IMG/VR virus record: IMGVR_UViG_3300042324_001267
Strand: one strand, 5' to 3'
From: a virus
Length of the DNA stretch: 64,000 nt
Position numbers and translations under genes: made by a program. Every line of letters begins with the position of its first letter. Positions within the stretch are counted from its first letter, which is position 1. Positions 1 to 8,351 of the stretch are shown here, piece after piece. The notes beneath the pieces were generated by a model. The model did no database searches, was not told where the DNA came from, and saw only the letters and a list, made by a program, of their open reading frames with translations.

Positions 1-13
1 TATTGATCGAAGA

Positions 14-38
14 AAGGGCTCCTATTAGGGGCCTTTTT
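14..38 (+). terminator. Intrinsic terminator
   Basis: Stem AAGGGCTCCT/AGGGGCCTTT with a 3-nt loop followed by a T-run, just before the first promoter. Confidence 0.7.
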
Positions 39-60
39 GGGTTAAAATAGTTTGTGAAAT

Positions 61-100
61 AGTTGCTAGTTACTAATCTATTTCGTATATTTAGGTATCA
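61..100 (+). promoter_or_regulatory. Putative early promoter (repeat copy 1)
   Basis: AGTTGCTAG..TTCGTATATTTAGGTATCA; TTG and TATATTT 20 nt apart; repeated upstream of many small genes. Confidence 0.8.
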
Positions 101-119
101 ATAATTAAAAAGATATATT

Positions 120-314
120 ATGAAAGACACAGTAAGAGATGTAATTGATTATTTTGATAAGGAATATCCTTATGTTGATTTAGGAATGTTGTCTGAGAAT
201 TCTATAAGTGAATTTTTAGTACAAGATTATATTAAGAATTTATCTTTTGAGAGAAAGATGGATTGTTTATATGACTATATTCTTTCTCAAGATTTATGTG
301 ATGTTCAAGAGTAA
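120..314 (+). CDS. Small acidic hypothetical early protein
   Basis: ORF directly downstream of the repeated promoter. Confidence 0.7.
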   Translation: MKDTVRDVIDYFDKEYPYVDLGMLSENSISEFLVQDYIKNLSFERKMDCLYDYILSQDLCDVQE

Positions 315-340
315 TTAATATTAATTTAAAAAATAAGACT

Positions 341-553
341 ATGACACAGTTAATGCAATCACATCCAGGAATGGTAGAAGAAGTAATCTCTATGTTAAGA
401 CATATGGAGATAGATGGAGAAACAATGCAACACATAATAGAGAGTGTTGGATTAGAAGATCAAATGACTAGGCAATTAATGTTTCTAGCTGATAGAGGCT
501 ATGTAGAAGACCTTTGGGATGAGATAGTAGAGTTGGAAAGAAGTAAAGATTAA
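341..553 (+). CDS. Small acidic hypothetical early protein
   Basis: ORF with A-rich leader, tightly packed. Confidence 0.7.
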   Translation: MTQLMQSHPGMVEEVISMLRHMEIDGETMQHIIESVGLEDQMTRQLMFLADRGYVEDLWDEIVELERSKD

Positions 554-600
554 AGTTGCTAGTTACAATTAAAGTTCATATATTTAGGTATCAATAATTA
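554..600 (+). promoter_or_regulatory. Putative early promoter (copy 2)
   Basis: AGTTGCTAGTTACAATTAAAGTTCATATATTTAGGTATCAATAATTA. Confidence 0.8.
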
Positions 601-613
601 AAACATATACATC

Positions 614-838
614 ATGGCTACATTAATCAAAGATCAAAAAGAAGTTACATTTGTACAAGGAGAGAGAGTTCAATTCTCTATGAGTAATAACGATGATAAT
701 TATTCTCCAAGTCGTAGAATAGTTTATGGAACAGTAGGGAATATAAACAAAGTCTCTATGATTGTTCAAGGAGTGGATGGAAATCTATATAGAGTAATGA
801 AGCATGAGGTTAAAAAATATATTGATCCTTTTGCATAA
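614..838 (+). CDS. Hypothetical early protein (possible SH3-like barrel)
   Basis: ORF after promoter; G-x-V pattern of short beta strands. Confidence 0.7.
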   Translation: MATLIKDQKEVTFVQGERVQFSMSNNDDNYSPSRRIVYGTVGNINKVSMIVQGVDGNLYRVMKHEVKKYIDPFA

Positions 839-841
839 AAT

Positions 842-880
842 AGTTGCTAGTTACAATTAAAGTTCTTATATTTAGGTATC
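842..880 (+). promoter_or_regulatory. Putative early promoter (copy 3)
   Basis: AGTTGCTAGTTACAATTAAAGTTCTTATATTTAGGTATC. Confidence 0.8.
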
Positions 881-915
881 AAAATTAATTAATCAATAAT
901 TAAAAACAAAACATT

Positions 916-1281
916 ATGAAAAAAGAATTCGTATTACAGTTAGTAGAAAATTCAGCATCTTCAATCTTTTCAAGAGAAGATGTTATTAAGCTTATCAATT
1001 CAGTTGAAGGAGGAGGAAGAGTAATCTCAGTAGATGATATTGAAAGAGCAATTGATAAAGTTATTAGTTGGGCTGATAATAATGAATCAGATGTTGTTGA
1101 CTTTGATTCAGTTGAGTTTGAATTAGCTTATAATAATAAGATTGAAGTAACTAATGTTCCTCTTCAATTGGAAAACTTAAGAGAAGCTTTAGAGAATAAC
1201 TTTATGGACTTTGGAGAAGCAGAAGAAGATGAAGATGTAGTTGAGCTAGAAAGAATTGATGAAGAAAGAGATGATGAATAA
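916..1281 (+). CDS. Highly acidic hypothetical early protein
   Basis: 121-aa ORF, D/E-rich C-terminus. Confidence 0.75.
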   Translation: MKKEFVLQLVENSASSIFSREDVIKLINSVEGGGRVISVDDIERAIDKVISWADNNESDVVDFDSVEFELAYNNKIEVTNVPLQLENLREALENNFMDFGEAEEDEDVVELERIDEERDDE

Positions 1282-1282
1282 A

Positions 1283-1322
1283 GGTTGCTAGTTACAAAGT
1301 TAATTCGTATATTTAGGTATCA
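1283..1322 (+). promoter_or_regulatory. Putative early promoter (copy 4)
   Basis: GGTTGCTAGTTACAAAGTTAATTCGTATATTTAGGTATCA. Confidence 0.8.
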
Positions 1323-1345
1323 TTAATAATTAAAACTATAACATC

Positions 1346-1555
1346 ATGGAAGATTTAAAACAATTTTTAGAAACATCGTTTAAAGGATTAGAGAGAGGAA
1401 TAGTTGCAACTCCAAAATCGAGAGAAGATCTAGAGTCATTTGCAAAAGCTAATCAAGGGTCAATGGATATTTTGTTAATGCAGATGGCTATGAACTTTGG
1501 CTATAAGATAGCATTAGAGAATGTTCAAGCTGTATTAGATAGTGAGGCAGCTTAG
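1346..1555 (+). CDS. Hypothetical early protein
   Basis: ORF after promoter. Confidence 0.7.
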   Translation: MEDLKQFLETSFKGLERGIVATPKSREDLESFAKANQGSMDILLMQMAMNFGYKIALENVQAVLDSEAA

Positions 1556-1789
1556 ATGAGTGAGCAATGTATAAAGGGTAAGTGGAAGTTAAGAGCTCCT
1601 AGTAAGCTTCCTAAGTCTTCTTACCCTATGGTAGGGATGGTCTATGAAGGAGTTGATAAGTTCTTTGGTAAGAGAACGATAGGAGTCTTAGTAGAGATGT
1701 TTGATCAGAACGATGAAGCAGTCTTAAGAGCAATAGATAATAAATTAATCTCAGTAGATATTAAATCATTAAAAGTAATCATAGTATGA
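1556..1789 (+). CDS. Hypothetical protein
   Basis: Abuts the upstream stop (TAG-ATG). Confidence 0.65.
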   Translation: MSEQCIKGKWKLRAPSKLPKSSYPMVGMVYEGVDKFFGKRTIGVLVEMFDQNDEAVLRAIDNKLISVDIKSLKVIIV

Positions 1790-1965
1790 CGATAGAGGTC
1801 ACAATACCACAAAGCATATTAAACACTTGTAGGGAGTGTGGATGGAATGAATTAGAAGCTGCAGAGTATTTTAATAAGTATCTTACTGAGGTAATCAATC
1901 ATCCTTATGGGCAATTTGAGCAAGACTTCGGAATGTGGCTAGAAGATTTAGAGGAAGAAAGTTAG
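1786..1965 (+). CDS. 59-aa acidic hypothetical protein (absent from ORF track)
   Basis: ATGA overlap with upstream gene; MTIEVTIPQSILNTCRECGWNE...WLEDLEEES*. Confidence 0.65.
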   Translation: MTIEVTIPQSILNTCRECGWNELEAAEYFNKYLTEVINHPYGQFEQDFGMWLEDLEEES

Positions 1966-1971
1966 TTAAAG

Positions 1972-2020
1972 AGTTGCTATCCTCAATAAGAGTTCTTATA
2001 TTTAGGTATCAATAATTAAA
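1972..2020 (+). promoter_or_regulatory. Putative early promoter (copy 5)
   Basis: AGTTGCTATCCTCAATAAGAGTTCTTATATTTAGGTATCAATAATTAAA. Confidence 0.8.
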
Positions 2021-2032
2021 ACAAGATACATT

Positions 2033-2281
2033 ATGACAAGAGAAGATTTTATTGCAGGAGTGGAGTTCGAGATTAAAGGCAATTACTTTAAGCTGGATAG
2101 GGATCAAAGATCTATTACAAAGGTCTTTAGAACATCTGATAGGAGTACAGTAGTAATGGAGGACTATCATATGAATGTAGAGAGGATAGGTAGAGTAAGA
2201 TTTGAAACCTATTCTTACATGCTAGGTAAGAGAGTAGATAGGAAGATTAGGTTTGAGGACCTAGAAGTTTTTAAGGGTTAG
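2033..2281 (+). CDS. Hypothetical early protein
   Basis: ORF between promoter and terminator. Confidence 0.7.
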   Translation: MTREDFIAGVEFEIKGNYFKLDRDQRSITKVFRTSDRSTVVMEDYHMNVERIGRVRFETYSYMLGKRVDRKIRFEDLEVFKG

Positions 2282-2303
2282 TCTTCGGACTAACTTTTTT
2301 TTT
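2277..2303 (+). terminator. Intrinsic terminator with UUCG tetraloop
   Basis: GTTAGTC-TTCG-GACTAAC followed by 9 T. Confidence 0.9.
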
Positions 2304-2310
2304 GACCGGT

Positions 2311-2354
2311 GGTCAAGGTGATGTCACGGTGAGGTCAAGTTGAGAGAAGTTTGA
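2311..2354. repeat. Imperfect 11-bp tandem repeats (iteron-like)
   Basis: GGTCAAGGTGA / TGTCACGGTGA / GGTCAAGTTGA / (GAGAAGTTTGA). Confidence 0.55.
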
Positions 2355-2646
2355 TAGTTAAGTTCCCTCAACGGGTAGCTACTCGGGTATCCGGAGCCAC
2401 ATAGAGTTGTATATTTCTGATGAAAATTGAGGTATGGGGGTATATATTTATATATACTACATAGCTTTAAGAGAGATGTTGTTATGGACCCAACCAATCC
2501 AATCCTAGTCCTTCCGAAGAAGAATTACTGCCCAAGGTGTCCTCTCTCTCAAGTTTGATCTATATAGCTGCTAAACCCTAGCACGGTTACCACCTATACC
2601 CCTAACCTACCTCTTATGTTGTATCTTATCAGATTTGTTTCTTATA

Positions 2647-2680
2647 TTTAATATAGAACCTTTTAGGTAATTTTCCAACT
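2647..2680 (-). promoter_or_regulatory. Possible reverse-strand early-type promoter
   Basis: Minus strand reads AGTTG-N20-TATATTAA, same spacing as the + strand copies. Confidence 0.4.
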
Positions 2681-2739
2681 ACCCCCAGTTTTTTTTCCGG
2701 AAAATTTTTCGTTATAGGTTAAGTATATATTTATATAAG

Positions 2740-3153
2740 ATGAAAAAGCTAAATAGCGATGATCTTTTCAATATATTTTCCATAGGAGATGAAGAGATTT
2801 ACAAAGAACACAAGATAGAGGATATGATGGATAATACCTTCATACTTTTTGGCATGGTTGTCAGAGGTGTGGAGAATTACTTCATTATAGACAAAATGTA
2901 TGCCAATAGATATCAGGAAAGGTATGGCTCCGTAAGAGAAAATATAAAGCTAAAGTACTTTAACGGCCTTGTAAATTACCTTGAGAGGGTTAAGGATATA
3001 AAGGCAGATACAGTAGAAGAGCTAAAGGATGAATTTGGTCCCCAGGCCATTAAATATGCTTTAGAAGAAATGCTTGAATTCTACAAAGAATTAGAGATGT
3101 ACGAGAAATGTGCAATTATTTTTAAGTTTTATGAACTTTTCTTTAAGAAATAG
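2740..3153 (+). CDS. Hypothetical protein
   Basis: 137-aa ORF; C-terminal E-x-YEKCA-x-I helix motif. Confidence 0.75.
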   Translation: MKKLNSDDLFNIFSIGDEEIYKEHKIEDMMDNTFILFGMVVRGVENYFIIDKMYANRYQERYGSVRENIKLKYFNGLVNYLERVKDIKADTVEELKDEFGPQAIKYALEEMLEFYKELEMYEKCAIIFKFYELFFKK

Positions 3154-3190
3154 TTGCTATAACCAATCTTTCTTCTTATATTTAGGTATA
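3152..3190 (+). promoter_or_regulatory. Putative early promoter (copy 6)
   Basis: AGTTGCTATAACCAATCTTTCTTCTTATATTTAGGTATA. Confidence 0.75.
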
Positions 3191-3213
3191 GAAATCAATT
3201 AAAAATAAAGGTT

Positions 3214-3417
3214 ATGTTAGTATCTATTTTAAACACAATTTTTTCGGTACCGTATTTAGTGGTAGGTGTGCTTATAGCAGCCTTGCTAGATATAGCAATT
3301 CACTACACAAAGGCTACTACCCGGTTTACTTTACTTGAAATATGGGGATGTGTGATGTGTTGGCCTGCAGTTCTTGTACTTCTGTTTTTTGCATTTATTT
3401 TCGGACAAAAAGAGTAA
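3214..3417 (+). CDS. Small membrane protein (2 TM)
   Basis: Two hydrophobic segments. Confidence 0.7.
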   Translation: MLVSILNTIFSVPYLVVGVLIAALLDIAIHYTKATTRFTLLEIWGCVMCWPAVLVLLFFAFIFGQKE

Positions 3418-3420
3418 ATT

Positions 3421-4053
3421 ATGTATAAAGATAAAATTAGTATGGCAGAGGCCATGTCCTTGGAATTAGTAGGAGAGATTACAATTGTTGATTCTTCACC
3501 AGAATCTGTTTTGGCTTACCCTAAAGTTGGTAAGAAATGGAAAGAAGCATTTATTGCTTTACAATCCAAATACAGACATGTATCTCCAGAAAAACTCCTT
3601 ACCTTTCTATCGGCAAAATATCTTATAGAGGTATCTGAAGGCATAGTAGATAAAGATACCAATACCTATTCCTGGAGATATTTCCATGGTATAGAGAATT
3701 CTAAGATAAAAGAGAAGTCTACAGACGATATCGAGTATGTTTACGTTCTGGTTAATCCCGGGTATACTTCCTTGGTTAAGATAGGAATGACCATTCATGA
3801 CGTTCCTAGGAGAGTCACGGCAATAAACGCTACAGCCACGGTTGAGGAATGGGTTCCGAAATTTGCTTTACCTTTGAAAAAGGGTACGGCTATGAGAGTA
3901 GAAAAAGCTGTTCATAAGCATTTTAGTTCCGTTAGGGTTTCTTCCGATAAAGGCGGTTCTAGAGAGTTTTTTAAAGTTACTCCTTTTGAGGCTTTTGATA
4001 AGATTCGTGAGGTAGGAGCATTGTTTACTGTAGGGGAATGTATAATTTATTAG
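3421..4053 (+). CDS. T5orf172/GIY-YIG-like domain protein
   Basis: YVYVLVNP..LVKIGMT..RR..VEKAVH..REFF motif set. Confidence 0.75.
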   Translation: MYKDKISMAEAMSLELVGEITIVDSSPESVLAYPKVGKKWKEAFIALQSKYRHVSPEKLLTFLSAKYLIEVSEGIVDKDTNTYSWRYFHGIENSKIKEKSTDDIEYVYVLVNPGYTSLVKIGMTIHDVPRRVTAINATATVEEWVPKFALPLKKGTAMRVEKAVHKHFSSVRVSSDKGGSREFFKVTPFEAFDKIREVGALFTVGECIIY

Positions 4054-4144
4054 AATATATAAGAAATCTTGCGAACTTAACAGGTGTCTGGGGAGGATAT
4101 ATAAAAATCTTGCGCGGCGATTCTTCGAAAATAACTTATAAAAT

Positions 4145-4182
4145 AGTTGCCCCTTCCCTTTTTTCTTCGTATATTTAGGTAC
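4145..4182 (+). promoter_or_regulatory. Putative early promoter (copy 7)
   Basis: AGTTGCCCCTTCCCTTTTTTCTTCGTATATTTAGGTAC. Confidence 0.75.
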
Positions 4183-4199
4183 AATCAAAAAATAGTGTT

Positions 4200-4853
4200 A
4201 TGAAACAGTTGAAAAATTTATTTCTTTTATTACTTTCTTTATTCGTTTTTAGTTGTTCTACTCCTGAAATTGAGCCTGATGTATGTTTAAATGGTAATTG
4301 CGGTGCTGAATTTTGGGTAGATACTCAAGGTCATCCTGGAACTTACCAAGACGGGCAAGGAGTTTGGCATATAAAACACGCTGGATTGAATTATTTTACT
4401 GTAAAAGGTACTGTAAATGAGTTAGATCCTCACTATGTTATCAATGGGATTCCACTGGTAAGTGTAGGTTTTGATTCTAATTTCTTCTATACACCGGGGA
4501 ATGTAATATGGACTTACCCTGTTTATTCCTACTTAGGGTTATGGTCTAGTAATCAAATGAACACACCTATCCCTGTCGGAACTCAGACTTACACCTTTCC
4601 ACAGCTTATAGGGCAGACAAATATAATGAACCTAACAGGATATACAATTCAACGCAATCCCAATGTAAATGTGAATCACCCAGCATATAAGACGTATTTC
4701 GCTACTTACAGTAAATATACTTACAGACCTCAGCAGTCTATGACGTTTTTTACAGACTTTATAGGTAGAACAGCAACAATCTATATAGAGGTAACTCTAG
4801 GAGAAAACAAGAAAACAGTATTAAAAGAGCTAAAAGTAATGTTCGAACTGTAA
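4200..4853 (+). CDS. Predicted lipoprotein
   Basis: MKQLKN + hydrophobic stretch + lipobox-like VFS-C. Confidence 0.75.
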   Translation: MKQLKNLFLLLLSLFVFSCSTPEIEPDVCLNGNCGAEFWVDTQGHPGTYQDGQGVWHIKHAGLNYFTVKGTVNELDPHYVINGIPLVSVGFDSNFFYTPGNVIWTYPVYSYLGLWSSNQMNTPIPVGTQTYTFPQLIGQTNIMNLTGYTIQRNPNVNVNHPAYKTYFATYSKYTYRPQQSMTFFTDFIGRTATIYIEVTLGENKKTVLKELKVMFEL

Positions 4854-4941
4854 GAGTTGTTTCCCAAAAAAAAAGTTCATACCTTACCCCTATATGGATT
4901 TATAAAGTATAAAGAAGTATTAATAAATTAAAAATAAAAAA

Positions 4942-5115
4942 ATGAGAAACAAAGACTTGTTTACACAGAAATTAGAGAGATTTGAATCCGAAGTAAAGAA
5001 AATAGGGTATCATATTCATCGTAACGAGCAATCAGAAGCGTATGAAAAGGTACAGGAATTACTAGAAAAGATAGGGGATCTTAGAACTTTATTAAATACA
5101 GAATCTCAAGACTAA
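4942..5115 (+). CDS. 57-aa helical hypothetical protein (absent from ORF track)
   Basis: A-rich leader; MRNKDLFTQKLERFESE...NTESQD*; TAATG overlap with next gene. Confidence 0.65.
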   Translation: MRNKDLFTQKLERFESEVKKIGYHIHRNEQSEAYEKVQELLEKIGDLRTLLNTESQD

Positions 5116-5852
5116 TGAATCTTTCGGCAGAACAAATAGAAAAGAATTGGGAGAAGCATCTTAAAATTGTAGATACTTTTATAACAGGTGACCGTAGGGA
5201 TAAGTTAAAAGCTCTTTACCTAGACCTATCCGATGAAATGATTATGGCTCCTGCCTCCGGAAAGACTTTCTACCATAATGCTTTCCCGGGAGGGTATATT
5301 GACCACGTTAACCGTGTTGTTCATTGTGCTTTAAAAACGAAAGCACTATGGGAAGAAATGGGTACTTCTATAGACTTTACCGATGAAGAGTTAGTTTTTG
5401 CTGCTCTTAATCATGATTTAGGTAAAATAGGTTCTAAAGGAAAACCTAATTATATTCAACAAACAGATAAATGGAGACAAGATAAATTAAATGAAATGTA
5501 TACTCCTAATAAGGATTTAACCTTCATGCTTATACAAGACCGTTCTTTATTCACCCTGCAGCAATATGGTATAGCTTTAACTGAGAGAGAATTCTTAGCT
5601 ATTAAATTACATGATGGATTATATGATGATGTAAACAAACCCTACTACATGTCTTTTAGTCCAGATGCTAAATTTAAAACTAATTTAGTGTATATTCTTC
5701 ATAATGCAGATTTTTTAGCATCTAAAATAGAATACGATAATTGGAAACTCTCAGGAGGTTCTACAGAAAATAAAGCAGAGAAAACTAAAGCAAGTACAGG
5801 TAGAACAGTTAATGCTTCAGAAGGGTTAATGAATTTAGTAAAAAATATTTAA
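5115..5852 (+). CDS. HD-domain phosphohydrolase (YhaM-like)
   Basis: APAS..YHNAFPGGYIDH, NHDLGK, LHDG, HNAD motifs. Confidence 0.85.
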   Translation: MNLSAEQIEKNWEKHLKIVDTFITGDRRDKLKALYLDLSDEMIMAPASGKTFYHNAFPGGYIDHVNRVVHCALKTKALWEEMGTSIDFTDEELVFAALNHDLGKIGSKGKPNYIQQTDKWRQDKLNEMYTPNKDLTFMLIQDRSLFTLQQYGIALTEREFLAIKLHDGLYDDVNKPYYMSFSPDAKFKTNLVYILHNADFLASKIEYDNWKLSGGSTENKAEKTKASTGRTVNASEGLMNLVKNI

Positions 5853-5855
5853 ACA

Positions 5856-6149
5856 ATGGAAATAGTATTATCAATTTTAGTATTAATTATTCTAGTTCTA
5901 ACTTATGTGGTTTACAATTTAAACCGTAAAGTAATTAAACAGGAAGATGTGTTAGAGTACCAAGTTGACTATCTAAGAAAAGTTTCGTATCTTATTAGTG
6001 AATCAAAAATTTACGTTGAACAATTAGATGAGTCAGGAGCATTTAGATCAGATGATGAGGTAGGAGTTTTCTTTAATTTTATGAAAGAAATACAAGATAC
6101 AATAAATGATTTCCGTCTCCCAGAAGAGTATGGCAAAACCACCAAATAA
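5856..6149 (+). CDS. Single-TM membrane protein
   Basis: N-terminal hydrophobic helix then charged domain. Confidence 0.7.
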   Translation: MEIVLSILVLIILVLTYVVYNLNRKVIKQEDVLEYQVDYLRKVSYLISESKIYVEQLDESGAFRSDDEVGVFFNFMKEIQDTINDFRLPEEYGKTTK

Positions 6150-6828
6150 AGATAATTACTATTTCACACAAGAAACAGAGGATGCAATCGTAAGATATAA
6201 CGCATCCTCTGATCCTGTTTTTAGAGATACGGTATTTAAGAAAGAGATATACCACCCACTTTACAAGCTAGCAGAGAATATTATACATACTTTTAAGTTT
6301 TATTACTTAGATGTAGATAGTATAGAGGATTTAAAGTTAGATGTAGTTAGTATGCTTGTAGAAGAAAAACTTCATAGATTTGACGCTACCAATGGCGCTA
6401 AAGCGTTTTCATACTTTCAAACAATAGTAAAGAGATGGCTTATAAATTATAATAATCGTAATTATAAGAAGTTAAAACAAGTAGGATCTTTTGAAGAAAT
6501 GGAAGATTCTTACGAAACAGAAGGAGCACCAGATTCTGAAAGACGAATAGCCTTAGCATCTATAGTTAATTTTTTTATAGAAAGCAGTTACGACAGTATG
6601 GAGGAGCTTTTTCCTAAAGAACAAGATCAAAGAGTAGCAGACGCTATACTCACCCTATTTAGAACACGTCATGATTTAGAAATTTTTCGAAAGAAAGCTC
6701 TCTACATCTACATAAGAGAGATGACTGACTGTGAAACACCTACCCTCACCAAGGTTATATCTAAACTCAAAGAAGAATTTTATAAAATATACAAATCTTA
6801 CCAAGATGCAGGATTTTCTATTCAATAA
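6130..6828 (+). CDS. Phage RNA polymerase sigma factor-like protein (late-sigma candidate)
   Basis: Region-2-like FDATNGAKAFSYFQTIVKRWL; ATG at 6130 preferred over 6106. Confidence 0.6.
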   Translation: MAKPPNKDNYYFTQETEDAIVRYNASSDPVFRDTVFKKEIYHPLYKLAENIIHTFKFYYLDVDSIEDLKLDVVSMLVEEKLHRFDATNGAKAFSYFQTIVKRWLINYNNRNYKKLKQVGSFEEMEDSYETEGAPDSERRIALASIVNFFIESSYDSMEELFPKEQDQRVADAILTLFRTRHDLEIFRKKALYIYIREMTDCETPTLTKVISKLKEEFYKIYKSYQDAGFSIQ

Positions 6829-6861
6829 GATATAAACAGATATTTATATAATAAATAGACT

Positions 6862-7212
6862 ATGGGATTAGATACAACAATATTCGGGAAAAAGACCGTT
6901 TCTGATGTTCTAAAAGAAATTTACGATAATTCTAAGAATAAAGAAAAACAAATCAACGCTCTTATCGGAGAGTTGAAACCTCTTGTTGAGAACATAGGAG
7001 ATGCAACTTTAGTTGTTCCTATGATAAAAGAGTATTTAGAGGTTGGAGTAAAGAATGATGAACATCTTATTAAAATGGTAGCACTTGTTCAAAGACTAGA
7101 AGGTACAGCAAAAGGATCTGAAGCAGACTTCTTCAACCCAGAAGAGCTTGCAAAACTAATGGAACAGAGCGAAGAGCTTGGAAAGCAATTAGATAAAAAA
7201 GACGAAGAGTAA
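6862..7212 (+). CDS. Helical hypothetical protein, first gene of late operon
   Basis: ORF after TATTTATA motif. Confidence 0.7.
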   Translation: MGLDTTIFGKKTVSDVLKEIYDNSKNKEKQINALIGELKPLVENIGDATLVVPMIKEYLEVGVKNDEHLIKMVALVQRLEGTAKGSEADFFNPEELAKLMEQSEELGKQLDKKDEE

Positions 7213-8351
7213 TGGCAGTTAAGTCGCATTTTACACCCAGTAAAGGTTCTTCAGGAAGCTCTACAGGCGGTTCAGGAGCAGGGAATCAATACGGAAGAGT
7301 AGTTAGTACTATTTTATCTGCAAATGACCCTAACTGTAAAGATCCGTCCATGTTAAATGGAGTATACTATAGAGCTGCTAAAATCGCAGGTGATGAAAGT
7401 GAGATAGATACTCTACTATTTGCATACCAAGGAAGTGCGACAATAAGAGTTATTCCTATGGAAGGTGAGATGGTTCAAATAGAATCAGCTCCTGGAGCTA
7501 ATAGCCAAGGAACAGTTGGTGCAACAGTCAAATACTGGACTAAAATAGTAAACGTTTGGAACTCCCCACATCATAATGCCTCTCCAGATACTAAACAAGT
7601 AGGGTGGCAAGACAGGTTAATAGGCGGAGCTAAAGAAGAAGCTAATATAAATCCACTACAAGCAGCACCGGGAGATACTTTAATAGAAGGTAGATTAGGA
7701 CAGTCTATAAGGTTTGGAGGAAATAAAGGAGCAGAATCTACATTAATTGGAGATTCAAATAACGGAAGCCCTCTAATCATTATAAGTAACGGACAAATAG
7801 TTACAGATAACGGAATAGATCCTATAGAGGAGAATATAAATGATGATTTTAACTCACTGTATTTTACATCTAAACATGTAATACCTCTTAAATCTATTAA
7901 TACAAAAAGAGATTCTTACGATGTACCGCCGATAACCTCAGATAAGTATTTAGGTAATCAAGTACTTTTAAACGGAGGAAGACTTTATTTTAATGCAAAA
8001 GAAGATAGTGCTTTTATTTCTGCTAAAGAATCCATAGGATTAAATGCAAGAACTTTAAATTTTGATGCAATAGACTATATGTGTGTAGATGCCAAGCAGA
8101 TATACTTAGGGGTAAAAGCTAGAACAGCAAGAACAAAAGAGCCTGTAATCTTAGGAAGACAGTTAGAAAACTGGATGAATTCTCTATTAGATGCACTAAG
8201 CAGTGTAGCATCTGCATTATCATCAGCCGCTGCAGTAAGTGGAGGGCCGGTAACACAGTTAAATGCAGCAGGACCAGAACTACAAGCAGTTGTGAAGTCT
8301 TTACGAACTCAAATAAAACAATTTCAATCAAATAAAGTCTTCACAGAGTAA
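7212..8351 (+). CDS. Baseplate hub/spike protein (gp5/gpV-like)
   Basis: N-terminal OB-like region (P.EGE.V), GDTLIEGRLGQSIRFG, beta-rich C-terminus; upstream of gp25/gp6-like genes. Confidence 0.55.
   Translation: MAVKSHFTPSKGSSGSSTGGSGAGNQYGRVVSTILSANDPNCKDPSMLNGVYYRAAKIAGDESEIDTLLFAYQGSATIRVIPMEGEMVQIESAPGANSQGTVGATVKYWTKIVNVWNSPHHNASPDTKQVGWQDRLIGGAKEEANINPLQAAPGDTLIEGRLGQSIRFGGNKGAESTLIGDSNNGSPLIIISNGQIVTDNGIDPIEENINDDFNSLYFTSKHVIPLKSINTKRDSYDVPPITSDKYLGNQVLLNGGRLYFNAKEDSAFISAKESIGLNARTLNFDAIDYMCVDAKQIYLGVKARTARTKEPVILGRQLENWMNSLLDALSSVASALSSAAAVSGGPVTQLNAAGPELQAVVKSLRTQIKQFQSNKVFTE

Noticed and set aside
61-2020. Regularly spaced ~40-bp repeats as a CRISPR array
   Set aside because: The intervening sequences are several hundred bp long and contain intact ORFs; the repeats look like promoters; no cas genes.
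2300-2740. tRNA genes in the intergenic island
   Set aside because: No cloverleaf or T-loop GTTCRA pattern recognised.
4063-4114. Direct repeat AAATCTTGCG x2
   Set aside because: Only two short copies; could be an operator but is unsupported.
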